A model generated the notes under the pieces. It saw nothing but the letters and a program-made list of their open reading frames with translations. It was not told the origin of the DNA and ran no database searches. 44,809 nt of DNA from Candidatus Levybacteria bacterium GW2011_GWA1_37_16 (GTDB lineage Bacteria; Patescibacteriota; Microgenomatia; Levybacterales; UBA12049): positions 1-44,809 of the forward strand of contig CALRDJ010000002.1 in the NCBI GenBank assembly GCA_943354875.1, read 5' to 3'. Below are positions 1 to 7,994 of this stretch, piece after piece. How positions within the stretch are numbered: the first letter of the stretch is position 1; the number at the start of each line of letters is the position of its first letter. The position numbers and the translations under genes were made by a program.

Positions 1-342
1 GATGGTATAAATGATGCGCCAGCATTGGCTAGGGCAGATGTGGGTATAGCGATGGGGACTGGAACAGATGTGGCTATAGAAGCTGCAGATATTACATTAA
101 TAAATAAAGATCTGAGAACAGTAGCGTCTGCTATAGATCTTTCCAAAAAGACTATGAGAACAATAAAGTTAAATCTTTTCTGGGCATTTGGATATAATAT
201 AATCCTAATACCAGTTGCAATGGGAGTGCTGTATCCATTTGGTGGACCACTCCTCAGTCCTATTTTTGCGTCTGCTGCCATGGCCAGCAGCTCTATTTCG
301 GTTGTCGCAAACTCGTTGTTACTGAAGCGAGTAAGAATTTAA
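1..342 (+). CDS. copA: Heavy-metal (P1B-type, copper-like) P-type ATPase, C-terminal fragment; the 5' end lies outside the window
   Basis: The frame is open from nt 1. The translation [33 protein letters not shown]... contains the GDGxNDxP hinge motif followed by the last TM helices. Metal-handling genes follow downstream. Confidence 0.85.
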   Translation, partial: DGINDAPALARADVGIAMGTGTDVAIEAADITLINKDLRTVASAIDLSKKTMRTIKLNLFWAFGYNIILIPVAMGVLYPFGGPLLSPIFASAAMASSSISVVANSLLLKRVRI

Positions 343-369
343 AAGTATTTTTCATGATATAATTTTTCT

Positions 370-1341
370 ATGCTAGAAAATAAAGATCACAGTCATCCTC
401 ATGAAGAAGAACATGGCCATACGCATGGCATGGTGGATCCGTCTCTTGCTACATCCGAAAGAGGGTTGTGGGCGGTAAAATGGTCATCAATTGTTTTGTT
501 TGTTGGTGCGTTATTTCAGCTCTTTGTTGTTTTATTATCTGGTAGCGTTTCTCTTCTTTCAGATGCCATCCATAACTTTGGTGATGCAGGAACGGCAGTA
601 CCACTGGCAATAGCCTTTGTATTGGGTAGACGAAAAGCAAATGATAAATTCACCTACGGATATGGGAAAGTAGAAGATATTGCAGGAGTTGTAATTATTT
701 TGTTTATGTTTGCGAGTGCTATGTATGCCCTGTACGTCTCGATTGAACGTATATTTCATCCACAAACTATTTCCCATCTGTGGGTGGTTGCAGTTGCATC
801 AATTGTTGGCTTTGCTATAAATGAAGGAGCAGCAGTTTTCCGTATTCGAGTTGGCAAACAAATTAAAAGTCAGGCACTCATTGCTGATGGCTACCATGCG
901 CGCACAGATGGGTGGTCCAGTCTTGCCGTTTTGCTTGGTGCCATAGGAGTGTATTTTGGATTTCAACTTGCTGATCCAATTGTTGGTATCATTATTACCC
1001 TGGTCATTCTCAAGACAACCTGGAGCTCTGCAAAGGAAGTATTTGCACGGGCAATAGATGGGGTAGAGCCAGAAGTGACAAAAGAAATCCGTCATGTGGT
1101 AAGCCATACGAAAGAAGTGAGAAGTGTATCCAACCTGAGAGCACGATGGATTGGACACACACTCCATACAGAGATGACTATAGTTGTTGATAAAACACTT
1201 TCTTTGCAGGGAGCACATAAGATCGTGGGAGAAGTAGAAGATAATCTCAAGACACACATTCCTCATCTTTCTTATTTTACTATTGACGTCGAACCATCAG
1301 ATCATTCGGAAGAGCAACACCATGGTGAACATGTGCATTAA
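370..1341 (+). CDS. Cation diffusion facilitator (CDF) family divalent-metal efflux transporter
   Basis: 323 aa with about six hydrophobic helices. It has His-rich N- and C-termini (HSHPHEEEHGHTHG and HSEEQHHGEHVH), a DAIHNFGD TM motif and a C-terminal cytoplasmic domain typical of CzcD/ZitB-type proteins. Confidence 0.85.
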   Translation: MLENKDHSHPHEEEHGHTHGMVDPSLATSERGLWAVKWSSIVLFVGALFQLFVVLLSGSVSLLSDAIHNFGDAGTAVPLAIAFVLGRRKANDKFTYGYGKVEDIAGVVIILFMFASAMYALYVSIERIFHPQTISHLWVVAVASIVGFAINEGAAVFRIRVGKQIKSQALIADGYHARTDGWSSLAVLLGAIGVYFGFQLADPIVGIIITLVILKTTWSSAKEVFARAIDGVEPEVTKEIRHVVSHTKEVRSVSNLRARWIGHTLHTEMTIVVDKTLSLQGAHKIVGEVEDNLKTHIPHLSYFTIDVEPSDHSEEQHHGEHVH

Positions 1342-1419
1342 TATAGAGCATGCAGCTCTTGAAACAGAGTTAGCAGAATGTGACTTAAGAGAATAAAATT
1401 CTAGTGCCATACTATTAAT

Positions 1420-2541
1420 ATGAGACACGATCATTCAAAAACAAAATTAATTATATATGCTCTTGTGGGGTGTTCTGCATTAATTATATTTCTTCTTATA
1501 AAGATATACCTATTAAAAAATCCTGACTCATCTGTATTATTAGATTCAAAAAATGCTAATTTATGGATAATTTTTATTACTGGCTTAACAATAGGTGGGC
1601 TTACCTGTCTGGCGGTTCAGGGGGGGTTGCTGGCATCTGTTATTGCAGTTGGAGAAAGTGATGAAACCAAAAAGCATAAATTCCATGGGGCAATCGCAAC
1701 GAGTGCATTTTTAATTTCAAAATTGGCAATGTATACCGTACTTGGATTTATTTTGGGTGCGTTCGGAGGAGTATTAAACATAAGCCCTGCAGTGCAGGTA
1801 TATATGCAAATTATAGCTGGAGTTTATATGCTCATTGTTGCACTAAACTTACTAGAGGTTCATCCTATATTTCGCTATGCAATAGTTCAACCACCTCGTT
1901 TTTTAACTCGAATGATCAGAAATCGGTCAAAGAGTACAGATCTCTTTGCTCCAGCTCTCCTGGGTGCTTTAACTATTTTTATTCCCTGTGGAACTACGCT
2001 AGCTATGGAGGCTTTAGCAATCAGTAGTGGCAGTGCAATTATGGGCGCAACTACTATGTTTGCTTTTATTTTGGGTACTATCCCCGTATTTTTTGGGGTT
2101 GGGTGGCTCACTTCTATACTGGGAGATACATATAAGAAGAATTTTTTGAAACTTGCCGCTTTAGCATTACTGTATTTAGGGGTCACTTCTATTATTGGTG
2201 GGTTTCAAGTGAGTGGTTTTTCCCTGAGCGGTCTTAAAAGCTCTCCTCCCGTTCAAGTAAGTCAGTATAATGGTCCCGCTCAGGAAGTTACCATAAATAT
2301 TACTGCATCAGGATATAGCCCAAGCACTATTACTGCAAAACAGGGTATACCCATAAAACTTACATTGAATTCAAATAATGCGTTTAATTGCGCATCAGCA
2401 TTTCGTATTCCAAGTCTTGGAGTAGCAGTGAATTTACAACCAACCCAGACAGAAGTAATTGAGTTACCAGATCAGAGCGTAGGGCAAATAGCCTTTTCCT
2501 GTTCTATGGGAATGTATAGAGGATTTATAACTATAATATGA
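1420..2541 (+). CDS. Polytopic membrane protein (DsbD_2/TauE-like permease fold) fused to a C-terminal cupredoxin-like domain
   Basis: 373 aa with multiple Gly-rich TM helices. A soluble beta-rich tail of about 90 aa follows (ITASGYSPSTITAKQG...FSCSMGMYRGFI). The stop overlaps the copZ start (ATGA at 2538-2541), suggesting translational coupling. Confidence 0.55.
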   Translation: MRHDHSKTKLIIYALVGCSALIIFLLIKIYLLKNPDSSVLLDSKNANLWIIFITGLTIGGLTCLAVQGGLLASVIAVGESDETKKHKFHGAIATSAFLISKLAMYTVLGFILGAFGGVLNISPAVQVYMQIIAGVYMLIVALNLLEVHPIFRYAIVQPPRFLTRMIRNRSKSTDLFAPALLGALTIFIPCGTTLAMEALAISSGSAIMGATTMFAFILGTIPVFFGVGWLTSILGDTYKKNFLKLAALALLYLGVTSIIGGFQVSGFSLSGLKSSPPVQVSQYNGPAQEVTINITASGYSPSTITAKQGIPIKLTLNSNNAFNCASAFRIPSLGVAVNLQPTQTEVIELPDQSVGQIAFSCSMGMYRGFITII

Positions 2542-2750
2542 CAAAAACGAAACTCAAAATAATTGGCATGCATTGTACGAGTTGCGCTATGAATATAGAT
2601 GGTGAACTAGAAGATACGGATGGAATAGATGTTTCTTGTACGAGCTATGCCAAGAGCGAAACACAAGTTGAATTTAACGAAGAGATAATAAAAATCAACG
2701 ATGTAATTAAAATAATTGAAAAAACTGGCTATACAGCTCAGATACTATAG
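2538..2750 (+). CDS. copZ: Heavy-metal-associated (HMA) domain metallochaperone, CopZ-like
   Basis: 70 aa with GMHCTSCA, which is the MxCxxC metal-binding motif, at the expected N-terminal position. Confidence 0.85.
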   Translation: MTKTKLKIIGMHCTSCAMNIDGELEDTDGIDVSCTSYAKSETQVEFNEEIIKINDVIKIIEKTGYTAQIL

Positions 2751-2753
2751 TTT

Positions 2754-3509
2754 TTAAATGTTTACCTCAGAAACAAGTAGGTTCTCCTGAACTCCTAAAA
2801 TATGCAGATGCAATGCAGGAAACAAAAGAGTAGAACCATGCTCTCGAAGTAAGTTTCTTATTTCCTGCGTAGATGGCAATGTCTGACTCTCGATAATTTT
2901 TGGCGCATGATTCTTAAAACCAAAAAGGGGATAAATAGGATCATCTGGAATATTTTCTGGATATTCAGAGAGCTTTTGCAGTTCCTCATTGGCTATCACT
3001 TTCTCCTGTTCTGTCCTATTTTCCTGCAATGTATGAAATGCATCCCATGCGTTAAACCGCTTATCAGTCAAATGCATCGTTCCTGAACAAAACAAGCTAT
3101 CGCACGCACACAAATGTGTACAAGGATTACATTCCAGATCCTGCGGACTAACTAAATAAGAAACACTTAATTCTTCTCCCGGAAATATATGACGGAGTGA
3201 AAAATATAGCGTATGTCCTTTGTAGGTATACATCCATGCGTTCGGAAGACAAGAATGATTAATGAGATGAATACCGTTTTTTTGAGGATCCGGATAGATA
3301 AATACTGTTTCTGAGTAATACATCGAGTAGAAGTCGTTTATATCTACTGTGTCTTCCTCTTCCATCGGCATAATCTTACCTAAATAATCTCCGATAACAA
3401 CTCCGGGCAAAATATCTTTTTTCGCGAACACTCCTTTTCCTTTTTTCTCCGTAGTTCGTACTTCCCAAACATCCTCTGGCAATAAAAGCATATCTTGATA
3501 TTTTATCAC
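2754..3509 (-). CDS. SET-domain protein (putative protein-lysine N-methyltransferase) with an uncharacterised C-terminal half
   Basis: The sequence has GKGVFAKKDI..., plus NHSCLPN and GEELSVSY SET signatures. A Cys-rich post-SET-like segment (CNPCTHLCACDSLFCSG) follows. The ORF begins with GTG at 3509, and the first ATG is at 3491. Confidence 0.75.
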   Translation of the reverse strand: MIKYQDMLLLPEDVWEVRTTEKKGKGVFAKKDILPGVVIGDYLGKIMPMEEEDTVDINDFYSMYYSETVFIYPDPQKNGIHLINHSCLPNAWMYTYKGHTLYFSLRHIFPGEELSVSYLVSPQDLECNPCTHLCACDSLFCSGTMHLTDKRFNAWDAFHTLQENRTEQEKVIANEELQKLSEYPENIPDDPIYPLFGFKNHAPKIIESQTLPSTQEIRNLLREHGSTLLFPALHLHILGVQENLLVSEVNI

Positions 3510-3561
3510 GAAATATTACCAATAGAATACCCAATAAGAACTTATTATAAAACGAAAAAGC

Positions 3562-3590
3562 TTGACAAGAAAATGCTCATATCATATTAT
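3562..3590 (+). promoter_or_regulatory. Sigma70-type promoter for the small ORF at 3597
   Basis: TTGACA (3562-3567), a 17 nt spacer, then TATTAT (3585-3590). The ATG lies 6 nt downstream of the -10 box, so a leaderless transcript is predicted. Confidence 0.55.
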
Positions 3591-3596
3591 CTAAAA

Positions 3597-3782
3597 ATGT
3601 CAAAATCAGAAGGATTAAGAGTTGCGAGAGGAAAAGGCACTTCTCGGACAGCTCCTATTATTAACGCTCAGGAAATTAGAATGGACAACGTGCCAACAAA
3701 TCCAGAAGCCGTAATACAAGAAATGATAAGAAATCAAAATCTAGCTACAGCACTCAGAAAAGACGGCAGATTAAAAAGATAA
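3597..3782 (+). CDS. Small basic hypothetical protein (61 aa)
   Basis: This is the internal ATG of the 3495-3782 ORF, chosen because a consensus promoter sits immediately upstream and the longer form would overlap the SET gene start. The N-terminus SKSEGLRVARGKGTSRTAP is Lys/Arg-rich. I recognise no family. Confidence 0.4.
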   Translation: MSKSEGLRVARGKGTSRTAPIINAQEIRMDNVPTNPEAVIQEMIRNQNLATALRKDGRLKR

Positions 3783-3784
3783 TT

Positions 3785-4102
3785 TTAGTGTTTCTTTCCC
3801 CACTTTTTCATCGTTTCTAATATTTCTCCCAAAGACTTTCCTTTTTTCGTCAGAGAATATTCGACATGGAGTGGAATCTCTTTAAACACTTTTCTAGATA
3901 TGATTCCTTCTTTTTCTAGCTCAAACAAGCGCTGTGCGAGCGTTTTAGAGCTGATACCAACCATGGCGCGCTGAAGTTGTCCAAATCTATTTTTTCCATC
4001 AAAAATATTATGGAGAATAAGTGCTGTCCACTTTCCACCCAAGATATGAAGTGCGTGCGCCACTGGACAGTCACTGTCATATTCACTTTTTATTAGCTTC
4101 AT
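3785..4102 (-). CDS. HxlR-family winged-helix transcriptional regulator
   Basis: 105 aa, with CPVAHALHILGGKWTALIL...SSKTLAQRLFELEKEGIISRK, typical of HxlR/DUF24 regulators. It is divergent from an oxidoreductase gene. Confidence 0.85.
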   Translation of the reverse strand: MKLIKSEYDSDCPVAHALHILGGKWTALILHNIFDGKNRFGQLQRAMVGISSKTLAQRLFELEKEGIISRKVFKEIPLHVEYSLTKKGKSLGEILETMKKWGKKH

Positions 4103-4151
4103 ACTTTCTTAATAGAAAGTACTTTACAAAGTAAAGTATTAAGGGTATTAT
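4102..4151. promoter_or_regulatory. Divergent control region: candidate HxlR operator overlapping the reductase promoter
   Basis: There are two overlapping inverted repeats: TACTTTC (4102-4108)-N6-GAAAGTA (4115-4121), and TACTTTAC (4120-4127)-AAA-GTAAAGTA (4131-4138). They overlap a TTTACA (4123-4128)-17 nt-TATTAT (4146-4151) promoter. Confidence 0.5.
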
Positions 4152-4160
4152 ACGTAGGTA

Positions 4161-4724
4161 ATGTATAAAATACAAGTAATAATTGGAGCTACCAGGCAAG
4201 GAAGATTTGGCGATAAGCCTGCTAAAATCATATTCGAAGACTTAAAAAAAATCGCAGATGTAGAAGCAGAGCTGCTCGATTTACGTGATTATCCGCTCCC
4301 ATTTTTCGACGAACCTGTTTCTCCAAACTTCATAACAGAACCATACAGTAACCCTCAGGTAGCAAAATGGACGAAAAAAATCGCAGAAGCGGATGCCTAT
4401 ATCATAGTGACTCCTGAGTACAACCATGGCTATCCAGCAGTGCTAAAAAATGCCATAGATTATGTCGGAAAAGAGTGGAATAATAAACCTATCGCTTTTG
4501 TAAGCTACGGCGCCGTCGCTGGAGGAACTAGAGCTGTGCAACAACTTCGTCAAGTAGTCGTAGATCTACAAATGACACCAATCAGAGCTGGTGTGCATAT
4601 CGTTAACTACTGGGATCATCTCGATGAAAAAGGCGAACTAAAGCCAGACGCTGTTCATGGAGCACAAGCGCTATTTGACCAGCTCCTTTGGTGGACCAAA
4701 GCGCTCAAAACTGCACGAGGCTAA
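4161..4724 (+). CDS. NAD(P)H-dependent FMN reductase family oxidoreductase
   Basis: 187 aa of flavodoxin-like fold (IIGATRQGRF..., TPEYNHGYPAVLKNAIDY). This is the classical partner of HxlR regulators. Confidence 0.8.
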   Translation: MYKIQVIIGATRQGRFGDKPAKIIFEDLKKIADVEAELLDLRDYPLPFFDEPVSPNFITEPYSNPQVAKWTKKIAEADAYIIVTPEYNHGYPAVLKNAIDYVGKEWNNKPIAFVSYGAVAGGTRAVQQLRQVVVDLQMTPIRAGVHIVNYWDHLDEKGELKPDAVHGAQALFDQLLWWTKALKTARG

Positions 4725-4748
4725 CCGAGAGCAATATCCTATAGTCAA

Positions 4749-4777
4749 TTGACATTTGACTTCCAGTATGTTATACT
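4749..4777 (+). promoter_or_regulatory. Strong sigma70-type promoter for the DEAD-box helicase gene
   Basis: TTGACA (4749-4754), a 17 nt spacer, then TATACT (4772-4777) preceded by an extended-10 TG. It predicts a 5' UTR of about 150 nt. Confidence 0.6.
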
Positions 4778-4931
4778 CCTGATATAGCTGGCAGATTGAA
4801 ATAATACATCTGCTTAATTTTGAAGCTACCTTGATAGTTAGATAAGATACCTCATAAACTCTTTTAATTTGTATCTTTCTCCTTATTCATGTACAGATCT
4901 CTTTTAAGCAGTTGTATTCTTTTTATCTTTT

Positions 4932-6122
4932 ATGTTTCGAAAATCATACAATAACAGTTCCAGCCGTTTCAGCAGAGGGGGAAGTTCCCCAAAGCGTTCC
5001 TTTCGTGGAAATCAAAGAATCAGAACGATGGATGCTAACCTTATCATTAAAAAAACTGCAGTTCATGTATCCCCAGAGGCGTATGTTCCTACCCATTCAT
5101 TTGACAGCTTTGCTATCTGCGATGAATTAAAGCAAAACATTAAAACCCAGGGATATGTAGCTCCTACTCCTATCCAAGACCAGACCATTCCAGCACTTCT
5201 AACTGGAAGAGATGTGATCGGAATAGCAAATACCGGAACCGGAAAAACAGCAGCATTTCTTATCCCACTGATAAATAAAGTGTACTTCAATAGAACTGAA
5301 CGGGTACTCATCGTCGCACCAACTCGAGAACTGGCAGTACAGATTCAGGATGAGTTAAAAGCATTTACTAAGGGTATGAGTATTTTCTCGGTACTTTGCA
5401 TCGGAGGAGTAAGTATGCAGCCACAAATCATGGGACTAAAGAGAAACCCAGATGTCGTCATCGGAACCCCAGGAAGATTAAAAGATTTGAAAAATCATAA
5501 CAGACTTAATTTCGCTATTTTTAATAATATTGTTCTAGATGAAGTAGACCGGATGCTCGATATGGGATTTATAACTGATGTAAAATTCATCATTTCTCAC
5601 CTACCAAAAATCCGACAATCATTATTCTTTTCAGCTACGCTACCTATGAATATTCAAGGTGTTATTCATGCATTCGTCCAAAACCCAATTACTGTTTCCA
5701 TAAAAACACAGAGGACTCCTCGCAACATAGATGAGGACGTTATAAAAACCCATGGACGAAATAAATTTGACATACTCATGGAGTTACTGAGATCTGATGG
5801 ATTTGAAAAAGTTATCGTATTTGGAAGAACAAAATGGGGTATTGAAAAACTGTCTAAGCAGCTTATAGATCAAGGCGTACGAGCTGTAGCGCTACACGGA
5901 AACAAAAATCAAAACCAAAGACAACGAGCTTTAGACGAATTTAAACAAGATAGAGCGTCAGTACTACTTGCCACTGATATCGCATCACGAGGACTTGATA
6001 TCAACGACGTTACCCATGTGATTAACTATGACTTACCAGAAACATATGAAGATTATGTCCACCGAATAGGAAGAACCGGAAGAGCTGAGAAAAAAGGTAT
6101 TGCACTCACCTTCGTAGACTAA
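4932..6122 (+). CDS. DEAD-box ATP-dependent RNA helicase (DEVD variant) with an N-terminal RG-rich tail
   Basis: Q-motif region (FDSF...PTPIQ), motif I NTGTGKT, motif II VLDEVD, motif III SAT and motif VI HRIGRTGR are present. The N-terminus is SRFSRGGSSPKRSFRGNQR. An alternative start at ATG 5028 cannot be excluded. Confidence 0.9.
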   Translation: MFRKSYNNSSSRFSRGGSSPKRSFRGNQRIRTMDANLIIKKTAVHVSPEAYVPTHSFDSFAICDELKQNIKTQGYVAPTPIQDQTIPALLTGRDVIGIANTGTGKTAAFLIPLINKVYFNRTERVLIVAPTRELAVQIQDELKAFTKGMSIFSVLCIGGVSMQPQIMGLKRNPDVVIGTPGRLKDLKNHNRLNFAIFNNIVLDEVDRMLDMGFITDVKFIISHLPKIRQSLFFSATLPMNIQGVIHAFVQNPITVSIKTQRTPRNIDEDVIKTHGRNKFDILMELLRSDGFEKVIVFGRTKWGIEKLSKQLIDQGVRAVALHGNKNQNQRQRALDEFKQDRASVLLATDIASRGLDINDVTHVINYDLPETYEDYVHRIGRTGRAEKKGIALTFVD

Positions 6123-6127
6123 TTTTT

Positions 6128-6565
6128 TTACTCCAATGTTTGCTGACCGAGGCTTTTTCTGGTCGCTGAATCCACAACCCGCTGAGTTACTGTGATATTA
6201 TGCTTCGTTTGTTTTTCAAGAGGTAACTTATAAGCCTGCTTAAAAGTAAACCAACCGAAGTTAAACTCCTCAGATGAAAAGTCTTCTAGGACTTCTATTT
6301 CTGCAAAGAATATGTGCTGAGTTCTGTTCGTAGCATCATTCACATATGTGTATACCGGAATAATTTTCCCCATCTTGGGAGAAGGAGAAAGAACAGTTTT
6401 TACAGCACGAGCAAACGCGTCTTCAGGAGTTTCTCCTTTTTCACTTTTTGACCCAAATACTAGCCATTCTGCAGGGCTACCATTTGAATTTTTTAATTGT
6501 CGCAAGAGAATTTGCTGGGTAGGCGAGTGGAATAGAAATCCGCTTACATAAAAGTCTTTATGCAT
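6128..6565 (-). CDS. Nudix-fold-like protein with a degenerate Nudix box
   Basis: 145 aa. The segment FGSKSEKGETPEDAFARAVKTVL has Nudix-box spacing but lacks the REx2EE acidic residues. Confidence 0.4.
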   Translation of the reverse strand: MHKDFYVSGFLFHSPTQQILLRQLKNSNGSPAEWLVFGSKSEKGETPEDAFARAVKTVLSPSPKMGKIIPVYTYVNDATNRTQHIFFAEIEVLEDFSSEEFNFGWFTFKQAYKLPLEKQTKHNITVTQRVVDSATRKSLGQQTLE

Positions 6566-6656
6566 TCGTGTGTATTATACCACAAACTGTGCAAGACTTG
6601 CATTTTCACTATTAAACCCTTACGCTAAGTACAGTAAAGGGAAGGGGGTGAACTTC

Positions 6657-6860
6657 ATGAAAGCATTACACATCGTGACCTTTATTTTAGTACTAGTTGG
6701 TGCCTTAAACTGGGGATTTGTGGCATTATTCAGCTTCAATCTCGTCTCAGCAGTATTTGGCTCAATGCCAGAATTGGAAAAATTGGTATACGTGCTCGTA
6801 GCAGCATCTGCTGTATACGTATTCGTATCCCATAAAAAAGATTGCAAGATCTGCAAATAA
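6657..6860 (+). CDS. DUF378-family small membrane protein
   Basis: MKALHIVTFILVLVGALNWGFVALFSFNLV... is the typical DUF378 two-helix protein. A GGGGGTG SD-like motif lies 7 nt upstream, and a TTGCAT (6598-6603)-17 nt-TACGCT (6621-6626) promoter is present. The longer ORF from 6570 is unlikely. Confidence 0.75.
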   Translation: MKALHIVTFILVLVGALNWGFVALFSFNLVSAVFGSMPELEKLVYVLVAASAVYVFVSHKKDCKICK

Positions 6861-6867
6861 TAGCTGT

Positions 6868-7410
6868 CTAAATTCGGTATTCTTCCTTAAGATCTTGACT
6901 AAACTCCTTTAAGAGCTTTGCTATCTTTGGGTCGATAACGAACTGACAGTATGGAGCATCTGTATTTCTGTCGTAATAGTTCTCATGATGAGGCTCGGCC
7001 TTATAAAAGTTAGTAAATGCGGTAATTTCCGTAACTATTTTGTCAGAATATAGATGCTCCTCCTCTATTTTCCTCTTTGACTCCTCAGCCATGTTCTTTT
7101 GCTCATCAGAGTGATAAAAAATAACAGATCTATACTGAGTGCCGACATCATTTCCTTGTCTATTCAGCGTAGTTGGGTTATGCGTATGCCAAAACACCTC
7201 TAGAAGTTTTTCGTATGGTATGACATTAGGATCAAATTCCATCTGCAATGCTTCTGCATGACCAGTGTCCCCACTACAAACCTGCTCGTAGGTAGGATTT
7301 TCTACCGACCCGCCCGAGTAGCCTGACTGCACTGACATAACACCTTTCAAGCGCTTAAAAACAGCTTCAGTGCACCAAAAACACCCATTTCCAAGCGTTG
7401 CTATTTGCAT
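6868..7410 (-). CDS. msrA: Peptide-methionine (S)-S-oxide reductase
   Basis: GNGCFWCTEAVF active-site motif and a 180 aa length. Confidence 0.92.
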   Translation of the reverse strand: MQIATLGNGCFWCTEAVFKRLKGVMSVQSGYSGGSVENPTYEQVCSGDTGHAEALQMEFDPNVIPYEKLLEVFWHTHNPTTLNRQGNDVGTQYRSVIFYHSDEQKNMAEESKRKIEEEHLYSDKIVTEITAFTNFYKAEPHHENYYDRNTDAPYCQFVIDPKIAKLLKEFSQDLKEEYRI

Positions 7411-7446
7411 ATGATGATCCTATCACATTTCTGATTAATAAAGTGT

Positions 7447-7944
7447 CTATGTGGAACTGAAAGGAGCTGCTTTTCCATTTATCAAAACACCAATAGGCTT
7501 ACCATCCTGACCAACGATAAGTGGCCTCTCTGCATCTGACTTTGGTGGCTCACCGCTTATGCCGACAGGCTTCGTGCTTTTCGCTTCTTCTATTTCATTT
7601 GCAGGCTTTACGGCAACTGTAGCCTGAGGAGATCTAATAGAGTCCACAGCCTGACCATGCGCTGAATGAATACCCGATTTAGGTGCCAAAATATCCATCA
7701 GTACTGGGGCACCCACCACTACAGCATCGTCAGCCGGTCCAAGTGCTAAACGCACTGCCATTGCACCAGCACCGACCAAACTCTTTCTATTGATCTTTGC
7801 CAGTTTTTGACGAACATCAGCAAGTCTTTGAACTGTATTATCAACTGCTTGGGAAGCAGTTGATTTTATCTGTTGTATTTTTGACTTCGCGACTGGCGCC
7901 TTAGGCGCAGGCGAGGGTTTTTCCATTGATGGTGGAGCTTCCAT
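7447..7944 (-). CDS. Hypothetical Pro/Ala/Lys-rich protein (165 aa)
   Basis: A long ORF with its own TTGACA (7981-7976)-17 nt-TACTGT (7958-7953) promoter 8 nt from the ATG. I recognise no family. Confidence 0.5.
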   Translation of the reverse strand: MEAPPSMEKPSPAPKAPVAKSKIQQIKSTASQAVDNTVQRLADVRQKLAKINRKSLVGAGAMAVRLALGPADDAVVVGAPVLMDILAPKSGIHSAHGQAVDSIRSPQATVAVKPANEIEEAKSTKPVGISGEPPKSDAERPLIVGQDGKPIGVLINGKAAPFSST

Positions 7945-7994
7945 ATGTCTTTACAGTAAAAGATTTTCCTATTTTTGTCAAACAATACTCCCAG

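Noticed and set aside
799-1266. Long antisense ORFs opposite well-supported genes. Examples are 799-1266, 7975-8445, 10300-11002, 18161-18601, 27593-27982, 32934-33455 and 37876-38253.
   Set aside because: They are shadow ORFs of conserved genes on the other strand (CDF, GT4, rpoD, purE, guaA, comM, the ATPase). Their composition is low-complexity or Ser/Pro/Arg-rich, and I recognise no motifs.
4912-5130. A 72-aa ORF overlapping the helicase start in another frame.
   Set aside because: It overlaps the helicase N-terminus, has no motifs and sits inside the predicted leader/CDS of a strongly supported gene.
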